Positions 12,960-27,654 of a stretch of DNA of 64,000 nucleotides are shown here, piece after piece. The notes below the pieces were generated by a model. That model saw only the letters and a list, made by a program, of their open reading frames with translations, was not told where the DNA came from and ran no database searches. Both the position numbers and the translations under genes were made by a program. Location: contig OX597817.1 in NCBI GenBank assembly GCA_951406725.2, positions 20,212,001 to 20,276,000 of the forward strand. Direction: 5' to 3'. Origin of the DNA: Octopus vulgaris. Lineage: Eukaryota. The first letter of the stretch is position 1. Each line of letters starts with the position of its first letter.

Positions 12960-14400
12960 CACGTGTACAGATGTCATGGGGCTTTCTGGGGTGTTGCGTT
13001 CACAATATGCGTGCAGTTCCAAGTAAAGCAAACTTTTGCAATATACCTGTATTGTAGAGTATTTCAAAAGTGTTTAGATATTTTTGTTCAGAATGGGCGG
13101 TATTGAACCCAATACTCCAATGACAATAGGGGTAACCTTTATATTTGACTCTCCAAGTTGCCATACCTTAGCGTTCTCTATTCTCAGGTCTTCATATTTA
13201 TCAAACTCTTCTCTTTGTTTCAGGATGATATATTGCTCTCCTGGAACTCCCACTCTTGTTCGTTCCCAACTAAACCTTACTATATCCGGCCTTCGATGGT
13301 CTACTAGTTTGTCTGTCTGGAAGTTAAAGTTCTAGAGGATTTTTGGCTTCTCTTTTTCGTCCATTACCTCTTCAGGTGTATGTTGCTACGAATTTCCCAT
13401 AAACTCATATCCATACTTACAGCAGAGTAGCCAGTAGAGGGTTCGGGTTACCTTGTCGGGTTTTCTCTTCTACTCTTTCTTCGCAAGAGTGTCATCAACA
13501 CTAACAATGCGAGTTACGCTTTCGACCCTCTTTCCATATATTGTGCAGGGATCTGTTGCACTCGTGTGGTATATATGTTTTTCACTGCGTTGTTATTCAA
13601 TGCCCGGTCCTGGGCAGTGATGAATGGTCTTTCAGCATTCTCTTATTAGGACACCCTTGGTGAGCCACCTCCATGGTACTTCCTGGTCTTTTAATTTGTT
13701 TGTTGCACGGTGGAACTTAACATGTAATTCCACGCGGAATAGGGTTTCTCCTCTCTCTTTGGATATTCTTGATCGCAATTCATGAGCACTCATAAGTCCA
13801 CTTTTGTTAATTCCTTGTGCATGAGCAGTATACTATAGCAGGTCCTGTTTGCGGTTTACCAAATATTCTGCCATGTTTCTTCTTTCACTCTTCACGCACT
13901 CCCGTATGCGAATTATCCCCCATCACCTTTACACCTCTTCATGTAGAGCCTGTGTACGTTCGCCTAAGGGTGGACAGCACCATGCATTGTCTTTCGGGTA
14001 GTGGGATTGAGGTAGTTATTCTCCGCTTGTGCCCATTTCAGGATGGGTGTACTACAGCAACTGTCCATATGTTGATGGTATTGACAAGGTTCCTTGAGTT
14101 GAGTTTTGATTTCAAGAGTAGGTTAAGGGGCATAAATTATGCAGTGATTACCTTATTTTTCATTTTTTATGCAAGATATTGTCAAGCTCCAGGACCCAAA
14201 GACACTAGTACCCACCATCATCCGGATCTTCCATTCTCTGTCTGTTTGGCAATTCTATGCCCCTACAATCTACTCCTTCCTCCCCCCCTTAAAGAAAGCC
14301 CCGCACACTTTGAGATACCAAATTGCATCCCTCTGCCCTCGTTGCACGTTTATACAATCTCAACCAACCACGTCTGTTTAGGCTCTGCTTTTGTGATCAT
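12960..14400 (-). mobile_element. Degenerate RLE-type non-LTR retrotransposon, 3' half (R4/Dong-like)
   Basis: Minus translation: LLLKSKLNSRNLVNTINIW, MHGAVHP*ANVHRLYMKR, WRWLTK, QTDKLVDHRRPDIV, VTPIVIGVLGSIP, ALLGTAR; homologous to the ORF at 51683-53365. Confidence 0.85.
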
Positions 14401-14550
14401 CATTATTATTTTGCATTTCATCATTTCGGGGTCGATAAATGACGTATCAGTAAAACATAGGGTTGACGTAACCAACTACTCACTTCCCGACAAATTTCAA
14501 GATTTGCACCTTTAATAGAAAGGATTATAATTATTATTGTTATTATTATT

Positions 14551-15088
14551 GAGTGAGAGAGAAGTGCATGCATTCAAAGTGACACTAAAATAAAAATACA
14601 AAGCCCAGTATACCCACCATGACTACCTGTGTGATAAGAGTACACAAGGCGCATGCATCGCAACCACATGTACGCGACATAGTAATCACATATTAAGATA
14701 AACACTGTATGGCCTTGCAGGTGGGGCCCGGTTAAAATTTTCTTAATGTCGAGTAGTCCATCCCGCTCAAAAGGTCCTTAAATAAGAGTTATATAAGATT
14801 GCTGAACAAAACACCCATTTTTCCAGAGGTGAATTATTCAAACTCCAACGAATTCCTCTCAGCATATGGTTATGCTGCTACCTAACTACTTTCGGTCGTG
14901 ATCAGAGATGCACACATCGTCAGCCATGATAGGTGAGAAAATTGACACGCTCATTTGTGGTATTGAGCCAAATATTCCTGTAGGCCATCTTTCATACCAA
15001 GACAAAACAATGTACATGATAACACTTTCAATCAGTTAAGATCAAAAGCCATGAAAGCCATACCTGGTACTGCATCAAGGCGTTTTTT
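14551..15088. other. Unclassified ~540-bp insert between (ATT)n and (ACT)n/(AAT)n microsatellites
   Basis: Higher-complexity block sharply bounded by trinucleotide repeats; no coding similarity recognised. Confidence 0.3.
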
Positions 15089-15132
15089 ACTACTACTACT
15101 ACTTCTACTACTACTACTACTACTACTACTAC

Positions 15133-15173
<41 letters not shown>

Positions 15174-15175
15174 TA

Positions 15176-15406
15176 TGTTTCTTTTTTACCCACAAGGGGC
15201 TAAACACAGAGGGGACAAACAAGGACAGACAAACGAATTAAGTCGATTACATCGACCCCAGTGCGTAACTGGTACTTAATTTATCGACCCCGAAAGGATG
15301 AAAAGCAAAGTTGACCTCGGCGGAATTTGAACTCAGAACGTAGCAGCAGACGAAATACGGCTACGCATTTCGCCCGGAGCGCTAACGTGTCTGCCAGCTC
15401 ACCGCC
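15176..15406 (-). mobile_element. tRNA-derived SINE (Meta/MESC-like), full length
   Basis: Closely similar to 7298-7520, 21191-21420 and 50206-50439; lies in (TAA)n context. Confidence 0.88.
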
Positions 15407-15434
15407 TATAATAATTATAATAATATATAGATAA

Positions 15435-15760
15435 GGCCAAGGGTGACTTTGTGTTCAAAAGCACGCTTCTAAACCACATTGTCCTGGGATTTGTCCCAAT
15501 GCGTAGAAACTTGGTCAATTGACATCTACTATAGCCTAGGTTCAATCAATGACTTGAGATTGAATTTGTTATGACGGAAACTAGAGGAAGTCAATTGTAT
15601 ATAAATATATACTATGTATGTCTCTGTGTGTATCTTTGTTTCTTGACAGCCGGTGTTTGTGTATTTACGTCCTTTTAAGAGCAGTTCGGCAAAAAAAGAT
15701 ATCATATGCAGCAGGCTTAAGCAATGAGTACTGAATTCGATTCATCCGACTAAATTTGAA
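15435..15760 (+). mobile_element. Degenerate CORE-like tRNA SINE
   Basis: CTTGGTCAATTGACATCTACTATAGCCTAGG...GACGGAAACT...GACAGCCGGTGTTTGTGTATTTACGTCC...GTTCGGCAAA aligns with 62043-62843. Confidence 0.65.
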
Positions 15761-15921
15761 CCCCCTGCTCTACCCTGCCCTCGATATGATGATTGTGTCA
15801 AGTAAAACATAAAACAAAGACGTATAAGATTGGTTAGATATTATTATTATTTAGCCGTACATATTCATGAGCTACATATATAAACACTCTAAGGACGCAC
15901 TTGAACATTAGCTTACATATA

Positions 15922-15967
<46 letters not shown>

Positions 15968-16091
15968 CATGTATATATATATATAAAATACAAATATAAA
16001 AAATACAAAATATATATATATATAGTTATGGTAAGATGTCTGAGTGTATGTTTGCATACACATGTTCCTTTCTTTATCTATAAAGTTATGT

Positions 16092-16127
<36 letters not shown>

Positions 16128-16713
16128 TCTTGAACGTATATGGATACTAGATCCATTCATTTTTTCCCATTGGGCTGGTTCCCATCTGCGCATTTCATTT
16201 TGACATGAAACATATATGGAATAATCCACCTGGAATTAGAAAAAACATGCCATCTTGACAATTTATGCATTGTTTGTGAGAATAACATTCCGTAACTCCT
16301 AACTCTATGATACTGATAATGTATAAATTCATCCCAAATAGCCGTAGTACATTTTCTCACATATATTGAGTCACTTATTCTTATGAATAAATAAATAGAA
16401 ATTTCCTAATGCAACATTCATATATACATATCTGAACAGAAGAAGTGTCATATTAAAGAAAGAAAATTACATGTTAATATTTATTGGTAAAGGAACATTT
16501 TGCGATATAGCATTATTTTGTAAATTATGACTTTCAAGAAATCCCACAGTATATCACGTCCTACCATGTGCGCTGAGGCTTAGATATTGTATTAATTACA
16601 GCATGAGATATTATGTTATGTTATGTTGCAAATCTGTATTCTTAGCGCTTCTAAACACCTGTCTAACTACAACAACTTATATTTTAATGGCTGTTAATGC
16701 AACAGTCATAGAT

Positions 16714-17100
16714 ACAGGCGTCGTTGTGTGGTAAGAAGATTGCTTGCGAGCCATAGCGTCCGGGTAGCGTGGAACCTTCGCAAGTATCTTCTACTATAGC
16801 TCTACTATAATATTCGCCTGACCAAAGCCTTGCAAATGTATTTGGTAGAGAGAATTTGAAAGAAACAAATCGTATATATGTATTATATGTGTATGTATTA
16901 TACATACATACTTATATGTATGTTATATGAGTGTGTCTGTCTACTATCACCGCTTGACAACAGGTGTTAATGTCCCAGCAATTTTGAGAGTCGGCAAACG
17001 AGACAGGCATTAAAAAATGGAGTTGGATCGATAGTTTCCACTAAAAAGATTCTTAAAGTCGGTGCTTCAGCTTGGCTGCACTCCAATAACTGAAAGAAGC
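16714..17100 (+). mobile_element. Degenerate CORE-like tRNA SINE with internal microsatellite
   Basis: AGGCGTCGTTGTGTGGTAAGAAGATTGCTT...CCTTCGCAAGTATCTTCTACTATAGC...GACCAAAGCCTTG...; same layout as 62043-62843. Confidence 0.7.
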
Positions 17101-18182
17101 CAAAAAAAAAAAAAAATATATGAAAGTTTGCTATTGAAACATGGATTGGTTTCGTTGCATGGATTGGTTTCAGTATTATATCTATGTTTTGATTAGTGTC
17201 TCTAATAGCAGACTAGTAATTAACAGCAAATATCTATAACTTTATTTGGAAAAAAATTTTTTGTAAGAGTTTTTATGTAGTAAAGCATTCCTTAACTTTG
17301 TGGTATCTTAATCATCTTAAGGTACGTTTAGGTACCTTAATCCGTTTAGGTACGGAGTTTTGCTAACTTGCAGCTTTACAGGCAGTTGAAATGTCTTCCT
17401 TTTAATGCTTGAAGTGAAGCCGTTCCCAACATCTGTTGGATCTTTGCAGTGTGGAGAAACACAAATACCTTACGAGACAGATTTGGATCTAAGACACTCC
17501 ACTGAATTCATTTATTAACACAGGACACTACTAAGTTCTTTTTATTTCTCATATTGCAAACCTAACTAGAGATTAACTCATCACCGCTTTCCATGAGAAA
17601 TTTAGAACGCACCAAAGTGATCCATAATCATCCGGCTTTATGATGTGTACTTGAACATTTAACGGGATAATAATTTCTTATCGTTGATTAACAATATTTT
17701 TCTTTTCTGATCTCATAATTAGGTATAATTTTTTCATTGTTCAAATGTCTTCAATTTAGAAATATAAAGTACATTTTCGAATTCAGCTCTTCAACATTTA
17801 CACATGCACAAGTATCAAACGTAGCAGAGATGTAAAATCTTCAACATCGATATATGAATATATGATGGTCAGAAAATTTATAATCTTATTTAGAACGTCT
17901 CGTCTGAATCATTAAACTTTTACTCTGTCTTGTAGATATATAATTTTACTCTTCTACTATTTTCACTCATTAGATCATCGCCATTGTGGACAGTGCCATT
18001 AAAGCGTTTTATGTGACCAAATAGGACTCTGAACTTATTTAAGTGTGGCAGCCGTTTTGTCGAAACCGATATCAGTAACAATTACGTTACTGGACATTAT
18101 GCATTACACTATAAAAAAATGTCATCTCGCCCACAAAACAAAGCCAGGTGCACACAGCTATTTATATATATATATATATATA

Positions 18183-18520
<338 letters not shown>

Positions 18521-18699
18521 TATTGTGTGTGTACTTGCATACATGCATGAATGTGTGCGTCTGGAAATCCGTATGTAGGTATAGAATTACACTATTACAC
18601 ACTGTTTTTATGTTATATATATGAGTTTATTAGTGTTTCGGTGTGTATTTATATATGTATGTTATGTGCTGTAATTTGTATTTGTGTATCTTTCTCGTT

Positions 18700-18968
18700 T
18701 TTTTTTCCGTCCTTGTTTTCGAATTCACACGCTACTTTCTTCCAAGGAATCTAATGCTCGTGGCTTAGTGTTTCCTGTGGGCTGGCCAGATTGGAGCAAT
18801 CTCGAGTATAATCAGCTGAAATTGAAAAGATAATCTGGAATTCGAGTGAGGGAAGAAAACTCCGAATGAACCGTCCTTGTTTCCTTTGCATTGACTATTT
18901 GGATGTTTTGTTGTCCCTTTTTTGTATCACATACCTGTCTGGATGTTTTGCGGCCTTGTATCATTTTG

Positions 18969-18972
<4 letters not shown>
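18700..18972 (+). mobile_element. Repeat ending in (TA)n, related to 56450-56650
   Basis: CAAGGAATCTAATGCTCGTGGCTTAGTGTTTCCTGTGGGCTGGCCAGATTGGAGCAA resembles CAAGAAATCTAATGCTTACAGCTTAGTTTTTTTTCTTGGGGTGGCCGAGTTGGAGCAA at ~56449-56507. Confidence 0.6.
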
Positions 18973-19044
<72 letters not shown>

Positions 19045-19047
19045 GTG

Positions 19048-19131
<84 letters not shown>

Positions 19132-19335
19132 GTTGTATGTGTATAATATATATATATATATATATATGTATGTCTAAAGTGTGTATATGTGTGTGTGATT
19201 GCGTGTAAAGATTTTACAGTTTCGATGCATACGAAGATATCAATAGATGAAACCTATAATTGTTCTTCAAAAATTCTGATAAAACTTCATGTATTTTGCA
19301 TATTACTTTAACATTTAAGCATAGTAGTAGTAGTA

Positions 19336-19384
<49 letters not shown>

Positions 19385-19400
19385 TGTGTGTGTGTGTGTG

Positions 19401-19610
19401 ACTGCGTGTGTACCGTTGGCGATTTTTTTCCTCCGTCTTCCCTTCCTTGGATCTTTCCTTTTCCTATGTTTCTGACGAAAAGCTCCGCTCGAAACGTTGA
19501 GTCCTCCTTCTTTCTTTTCTTTCCTGAGCATCCAATAACACTATACTCGTTCCACGTCCTCGCGTTTTTGTGTTTTTGTGTTTTCGTGTTTGGAGTAACT
19601 GTATATATGT
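19401..19610 (+). mobile_element. Microsatellite-flanked element with hammerhead-like core
   Basis: TTT-CTGACGA-AA-AGC-TCC-GCTC-GAAAC-GTT at 19469-19498; same layout as the 4962-5143 element. Confidence 0.6.
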
Positions 19611-21190
19611 AAATCCGCACACCTTAAAGTGTTCCGAGGGTATATAAAATAACTACGTATTAGGGAGTAATTTCACACACACCAAACATTACTTAATATT
19701 TGAACATTATATGAATGATATGCTGGTGAACTATTTGTCATTTTCAATAGATGTTTCAATTGTTTGTTTTATTGCATCTATATCTAAATTAATTATTATC
19801 ACATACTTTTTAGGGGAATGCTTTATCAATATCCCTTGGTTAATTCTGCTAGTCAGAGTGTAGATATAATACATACTTTCTTATGTCTAGTCCTCTAATG
19901 AAAAATTTTCAAAACTTCGACTTGAGATATTTTCTTCTTTTTTGTTCGTTTTCGAAACTCTTATACAGTTTTTTCTTCCAATATTTTTTTTTGTCAGCGG
20001 TGTAATGGATCCCCAGTTTATCGGCTATCATAAACGTACGTAAATATAAATATTCATTCAAATATATATTTCACACTCACGGAGAGATGTATTTCAACGC
20101 ATATACCTGTTTCATTCCTTTTCATATTTTCCTTACGAAAATTTTTGAGTGTGTTTTGCATTCGACTAGCTCGCATTTTCTCTTTATTTATTCTATCTAA
20201 AAGTATTTGAATGTGAATTTGTTTGCCTATACATGTGTATCAGCAGAATTGTATGCCCACGTGCGCGCGTAGGATTGCTCTTTCGTTTCTTGTGAGCCTA
20301 TAATTGCATGTATATGTGTGTGAATGGGTGGGTAGCATCTCTTTTAACAGCCTTGTATTTTTTGTAGCTGGAATTATGTATCCTAAGTGCGGGCATAAGA
20401 TTCATGTACCGTGTATGTGGGTACCGTTCTTGATAATATATGACAATATTTACGAACTAGAAAATGAGCCTCATAATATTTAACATTTGCCTGATATTGC
20501 CCCACCAGATATCAGAATGTTACATGCAATGTTTAAATTGAAAAGCAGAAGTGACGAACTCATCAATGCTTATCCACACAAATCCAATTACAATAATTAA
20601 CCATCCCCGTGAAATTTCAAAATAAGACACTTACATCAAAGTCTAAAATATAATGGGTGATATCACATCAAATACAGACGGAAAAAAACACCAAAAGTGT
20701 TGAAGGAAAGTTGCCAAAATCGAGCTAGTGATATGTAATAAATTACTGTGTCGTATATACTGAAGTTAAAATAAAGAAGATAATGTGGAATTGATAGTGA
20801 GACAATAAAATCATGGGTCATTTGTAAATTAATCATCACTAAATACCTGCAGTGTGTGCATGTTTTGACAAATGACATACTGTTTACAAACACATGGAAT
20901 AATTTGATAGAGAAAAGACAAAATGCTTTTCCCAAGCTTAGCAATAATTTATCCCCATTATCATTATCAAGAACGCCAAGAAAAAAGGATTTGTGAAAGC
21001 AAAACTGTGTGAACAAAATGTAAAACTGATAAATTGAAGGCTATTTCCGATGACCCTTTGGCAATCTGCAACACAGTAAGGTCTACCTCGAGCAAGATGG
21101 AATTATTTATGGAGGGCCTTTGTTTGTTTCCATAAACATGAAACATGATTGTTTCCGACCTAACGTGCATTTCTGAAGTCATGTGACCTC

Positions 21191-21420
21191 GGCGAGCTGG
21201 CAGAAACGTTAGCACGCCGGGCTAAATGCTTGCAGTATTTCGTCTGTTGCTACGTTCTGAGTTCAAATTCCGCCGAGGTCGACTTTGACTTTCATTCTTT
21301 CTGGGTCGATAAATAAAGTGCCAGTTTCGCACTGGGATCAACGTAATCGACGACTTAATCCCTTTGACTGTCCTTGTTTGTCCCCTCTGTGTTTAGCTCC
21401 TTGTGGGCAGTAAAGAAATA
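21191..21420 (+). mobile_element. tRNA-derived SINE (Meta/MESC-like), full length
   Basis: GGCGAGCTGGCAGAAACGTTAGC (A box)...GAGTTCAAATTCCGCC (B box)...GTCGACTTTGACTTTCATTCTTTCTGGGTCGATAAA...GTAAAGAAATA. Confidence 0.9.
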
Positions 21421-23349
21421 TATATACGTTACCTGGAAGACTTTCGAAGAATTATTGAAGGAATAGAACAATTAAACTAAAAAAAAATTCCAACATACAC
21501 TTACTATATGTCCATTCAAAGAACGTGGACGCTCTCCCGTAACTCTGATACCCACCAATAAATTAATTATGTATGAAACTGAGGACTTTGCTGATGATGT
21601 TTACTCCCGAAACTACATGTATTTATCGAGATTCATTTTACGTATTTGTACATGTACTAGTTTGAATTCTTTAGCTCATTATTGATACTTAAGACTGCAC
21701 ATTGTTGCTTGCTAGTTTTTCATTCTTTTTATTGCGAACGGTAAATATCCTTATCTATCGCAGACATTTAAATCCTATATAATCTACGTAATACATAATT
21801 TAATTTAACTTCATTTGAAATAATATTTTATGAAGAAGAACTACGTTTCCATCAAATTGTTTGCAGAAAGTTATTATATGATTTACTTATAACTATGCCA
21901 TTTAGACAAACAAATTAAATACCTTCTCCCGAACCACTTCCTAAAAATGTTTCTTCTAAACTTTAATGTCTTGTGAAGATGATATTAGAACAATGATGTT
22001 GAGGAATAAATATGCATTAAATAATTTCTTGAGTTACTTCTCTCATTCAGGCACATATATTGGAATTAATATTTAGCAAATTTAAATCTATTTTATGATT
22101 TATGTTCATTCGTATCTTTTCTTTCTCGCCTATATTTAAAACAGTAGAAACTGGAGAAATGTATTTAGTTATAAACCCACCTGATCAAAGCTCTTTATGC
22201 TTCCTGTACGTCTTCAGAAAATATATATGATATGAAATATTTATATAATCTTATAAGATGCAAAAAGAACCTTGATACACTTTGTAGAAGGCTGATATGT
22301 CCCTCGAATTCACAAACAATTACTAGAAAAGAAAACATCCCCGAATACAAGAAAATGAAACTTTCACCATGGAGGACAATAATACATTACGTGTTTCGTT
22401 GAAAACCCCTCCCCCACAAAATATCAAAAACCCAAAATGTTTGATCATTTTAATATGCATATATATTACATTTCGTTTACATTCATTCTTCTTAACAAAT
22501 CATACATGTTATTAAAGAAAAAATCAGCATCATAATTTTACCTTAAAATGTTCAGTACAGTTTAACGGATTATAACAGGATGACACACCATTAGCAGTAG
22601 TTAACATTAATTTTTCTACCCCAAGGAAATTTCTAACAAACTATAGCCCTTCTTTAAATATTATCACCTAAATCCTTCAGATGACATAATAAATAGGTAA
22701 ATTTTCTCGATTTTATCTTGGATTTGAAAATAGTTCACACATTCCTTTGCCCAAATATAATGTAAATCTTTGCTACACACACAGTTCTCATCCCCGAAGC
22801 ACTATGCTAAGTAATCTTGCATAGAATATTTCTCTTAGGACATCCAAAATAGCTTCGAAATATTAGATGATAACAGTGAATATTATGACGAGGGTTTGCT
22901 GTTATGTGATTTTGAGTTCAGAGGAATATTTGTTACATTGACTGATAACTATTGCACAAATTTCGGTGTAGCATAAATTTTACTCATGTGTACACAAAAT
23001 ATATCCTGACACCGCAATGGCTTCCCTCCACTTTTAAAATTTAGAAGACTATTGCAAATAAACGAATAAGTGATAATACTAGTTTAATTGCATTCAATTT
23101 AATTATCCTCGATGATAATGTAACTATCTGCAGAGATCCGGATAACAGTAATAAAACTCTGATATTGCCATAAACAAAATAGTTAGCTTTCACGAGAGAC
23201 GGAAAATAAAATAAATTGATCAGTAAAAGGATATTAACGAGTCTAAATCTCTTGATAGTTAACATGAAACAAAACATGGAAATTACAACTGCAAAATAAA
23301 AATAAATATATACAAATCTCTAGAAATAAATGACTTTCAAATTTTGTTA

Positions 23350-23830
23350 CGAGGCCAACAATTTTGGAGTAGTAAAGTTGCTTACATCGATCCCAGTATC
23401 CAATGTGTTCTTATTTCTTCGATTCCGAAAGGATGAAGCTCAAGGGTGACACCGGGTGAATTTGAACAAAGAACGTAAAGACGGATGAAATGCCGCTACG
23501 TATTTCTGCCTATAATCCGACCTTTAGTCGAACTAGATGGAACTTTTAACTCAGAACGTAAGGAATCGTAAGAAATGCTGTTATGCATTTTGTTCGAAGC
23601 ATTGACGCTATACGCAATAATAATACTGATTTCACAAGGCCAGAAATTCTGAGGGAGGGTTAAGTTGATTACAGCGATCCTACTGTTTAATCGGTACTTA
23701 TTTTATCGACCCCTAAAGGATGAAAAGCAAAGTAGACCTCGGTGGAATTTGAAAACAATTGGTATCGTAGGACGAAATGCCACTAAGCATTTTGCCCGGC
23801 GTACTAGCGATTCTGTTTGCTCCCCGCCCT
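23350..23830 (-). mobile_element. Cluster of two to three older Meta-like SINE copies
   Basis: Repeated CCGAAAGGATGAAG..., GAACTTTTAACTCAGAACGTAA and TATCGACCCCTAAAGGATGAAAAGCAAAGTAGACCTCGGTGGAATTTG blocks. Confidence 0.75.
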
Positions 23831-24339
23831 ATATATAAAAATAATACTGAAAATTCTAACATAGGAGATATGAAAAGTCCATTCTTACTGGTCTAGAACT
23901 GAATACTCAAAAAATATATATTAAAGAATACCCACAAAGAGTAACTACAGCATCACCCAATGATACGTCTACCACAAAAGAAGCAAAATAAAATATAAAA
24001 TGAGAAAAAAGCAAATGTAACGTGGTTTATTGGACATTATGGAAGAAATGTTTAGAACAGTAATCTTCATTTTTTTTTAATATGAAGTTTTCATCATGTT
24101 ACTTTCCAGCACCAAATCATTGAGATATTACAGAATATTATAATGCATTTGCAATGGTTAAATATAATTACGAATACAATAAATGTAGCACGCAGCAAAT
24201 GACATAAACTCTCTATTGTCCTGTTAAACTGCGAAACTTTAAACTGGTGATATTACGATTGCTGAAAACAACACTATAAACTCGAAACATACATCAACTG
24301 AAAGAAAATCGCATTTTAATATTGTATCTGAGTAGAATT

Positions 24340-25600
24340 ATCTTCATGAAATTTAAACAACTTTAAATCATTACGCCTTCAGCCTTTGACATATGCATCC
24401 ACAACATACTGTTGAAATAATTTTCCCGCTCTCTGAATAACACTAAAGCCACCTCTGAATGCAAGACGATAGCTCTAGTATTCTTGCATTTTCAGATGAT
24501 TACACACACGTGTCCGGCGTTCCTGGACAATGCCATCTCAAAATGCCAGCCAAATGCCCCATGGGGTAACATAATTGGGTAGCTCATAGGATCCAAGTGG
24601 CATAACGTGTAAGATATTTTTTCAAGAGAAGTACCTCTACGATACACAATAATGTCCCTATTTTCAGGATGTGCGCCATTTTCTCCAACAAACCCTGCTG
24701 CTATTTCATTGCTGGTACAGAAATTGTAGCGCCTGATATCGAACCCTCTCCTGAAGCGTAACTCCATATTAGCACATTGTCTCTTCTGGGTCTCTAGACT
24801 TCTTGTTATTCAACTGCGTGAATGTTCTTATACAATTCTGCTTAAGGATTAATTTGATGGATAACATCACTTATTTTACTCTTAGTAACAGGGGAACATT
24901 CAGAATTTTGAGGTGCATTCATCCTGTGCGGCAGAGTTTCATTTGCATCAATGATGTATAACTGGTCGTACTGCGGTTGATCATTAGCAGGATGCAGGTT
25001 TGTCTTCATGTGGTAACTTTTTGGCCCTGAATGTGGAAGCAATACGGATCCCATCCTGAAGGTGCTGTCAGATTGACGCCAAATGACGCAAAGAGAAGGT
25101 ACAATTGTAATTTCTGATATTTTTACTGAATGAAACATACTCTTGATCGTTTCACTCAAATAAACGTTTTAGTGTCTCTTGGTATGGTTGTAATGTAGGC
25201 ACGTTCACTTTTCCATTGTAGCAACAACTGTTATTTTCATTTTTAAACCTAAGAGCACCACAGTATTCACATATAATGTTCATTTCTTCTACGTTAAAGT
25301 GTTCAAATTCATTAACAAAAGCTCTGTTCAGCACTGGCTTATGTCTTCTCACACGGTGTGGCTGCATCTGATGCCTCCTTAAATTGTCAATTTCAACAGC
25401 ATTCATATTTTCAACTCTTTCTCGATAGCTTCCCCTTGGGTTTTGCTGATAAATAATCCTGTCATGTTGATTGATGTTCGCTACCCTTTGCTGAAACAAG
25501 TTTTTCTGTTGCTTGTGGTAATGTGCAAGCTGTCCCTCATTCATATTTTCTCGTTTTATTTGTTATCTCTTCCTATCTTGCTGCAGGTGTTTCTCGCGTT
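24340..25600 (-). pseudogene. Helitron RepHel N-terminal/Rep region relic
   Basis: ORF fragments MNIICEYCGALRFKNE..CCYNGKV, QPQYDQLYIID, RRYNFCTSNEIAA..RDIIV, LDPMSYPIMLPHG, and AGKLFQQYVVDAYVKAE near 24380-24430: typical Helitron_like_N motifs. Confidence 0.9.
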
Positions 25601-26269
25601 GTCCACCCTCCATTGAGGCTCGTCTCAGCTGCTAGCGTTACCTGTCTGTCTCTCTCTCTCTCTCTCGGCTTTCCTGCCTCTGCTCTTTACCTACGCTCTG
25701 TAGAGCCGCATTCTCGCGCGAGCAGCTTCCAGTTTTTGTTGCCGATTCATGATGAATGCTATTTATAATCACAAAAGTAATTCGTATACAAAACACGATA
25801 AGTTGATAAAAATGGACTGTTATAGGCAATTCGGATCTTCTATATTTCACTCACAAAATCAGCGTCCTTTAATTTTGCTCAGATCGTTAGCAACGTTGGT
25901 GTATCGATGCAGTTCTGAATTTTGATTATTCTCAGGTAATTATGTCATCTTGTAAATTAAGTATCTGATGTTATCTGGAATTAAAATTTGAAAATTTGGA
26001 TAATTTTAGCCCATCAAAAGACAGTAAGGCATTAGTAGCTTGTTACCATGAAAACCACGCAAATCAGTGGCACCTGCAAAAGAAAAGAATCTCCTCATTT
26101 GGAGTAACATTTTATTTCAATTTCAAAATTTGTTTCATTTATTTAATTTATTAGATAGGTATATTTGTCCGAAGCAGATTACAATGAATAACATTTGATT
26201 TCAATTTCAAAATTTGCTTCATTAGATATATGGATAAATATCCCATCCCCGATTTACAGTTTACATATA

Positions 26270-26311
26270 TCTATACATGTATGTATAGATAAGTATAGAT
26301 ATATCTATCTG

Positions 26312-26380
<69 letters not shown>

Positions 26381-27000
26381 AAACACACAGAGAATGTCAC
26401 ACGTTCACGTACACACACACTCACATTCTATCTCCACTCTCTCTGCCTCTGCCTCTCACTCTAACTCTTTCACTATCACTATTTCTCTGTCCCGCATCTG
26501 TATTGAAAAGTAAAAGTAACATCGAAAATTTATTGCGGTTATTTCTCTTTGATTTAACAACGTTTCGATATATTTATCTATCTACTTGTGTTCCGTTTCA
26601 CAGAAGACAAGAGATTGATACATACATCGACACGTTGTTAAATCAAAGAGAAATATTCACAGTAAATTTCCGATGTTACATTCACTTGTCGATACAAAGG
26701 AGGAACAGAGAGGTAGTGAGAGAGAAATGTCAGAGTCAGAGGGAGAGGGAGAGCGAGTGGTAATAGAAAGTGTGTTTATGTGTGGGTTTTTGTGTGAACG
26801 GTTGACGTTCTCTTTGTGTTTATAGATAGAAAGATAGACACCCACGTATAAACATGTTGGCATAGATATGTATAGATATGCGTCAATGTATATATCTATA
26901 AATATAGAGTGCCACACGTTCACACACACAGACACACACTTTCTATCACAAATTCTCTTTCTCTCTCACCCTCTGACTCTTTCTCTCTCACTTCCCCTTG
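26270..27000. repeat. Three diverged ~130-200 bp units in alternating orientation, including (ATCT)n
   Basis: CTATAAACACACAGAGAATGTCACACGTTCAC...TTCTATC (~26377-26435, +) resembles the reverse complement of ~26760-26830 and ~26897-26950 (+). Confidence 0.55.
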
Positions 27001-27067
27001 GTCCCTCCTATGTATCGAAACGTATAAGTAACAGGAAAAGCATAACGCGCGGACGAACTAAGGAAGG

Positions 27068-27650
<583 letters not shown>

Positions 27651-27654
27651 CTAC

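Noticed and set aside
13817-14515. 232-aa plus-strand ORF
   Set aside because: Antisense to the RLE LINE RT/thumb region
16140-16229. Minus-strand acceptor followed by VDYSIYVSCQNEMRRWEPAQW
   Set aside because: No convincing donor or homology
20430-21625. Possible very old PLE with CTGATGA..GAAAC..GTA at 21591-21621
   Set aside because: Core words are present but stems I and II do not pair, and protein similarity is too faint
26042-26055. RFX X-box-like GTTACCATGAAAAC (weaker matches near 9242 and 59994)
   Set aside because: By rough estimate about one match to this degenerate motif is expected by chance in 64 kb of AT-rich DNA; no promoter evidence
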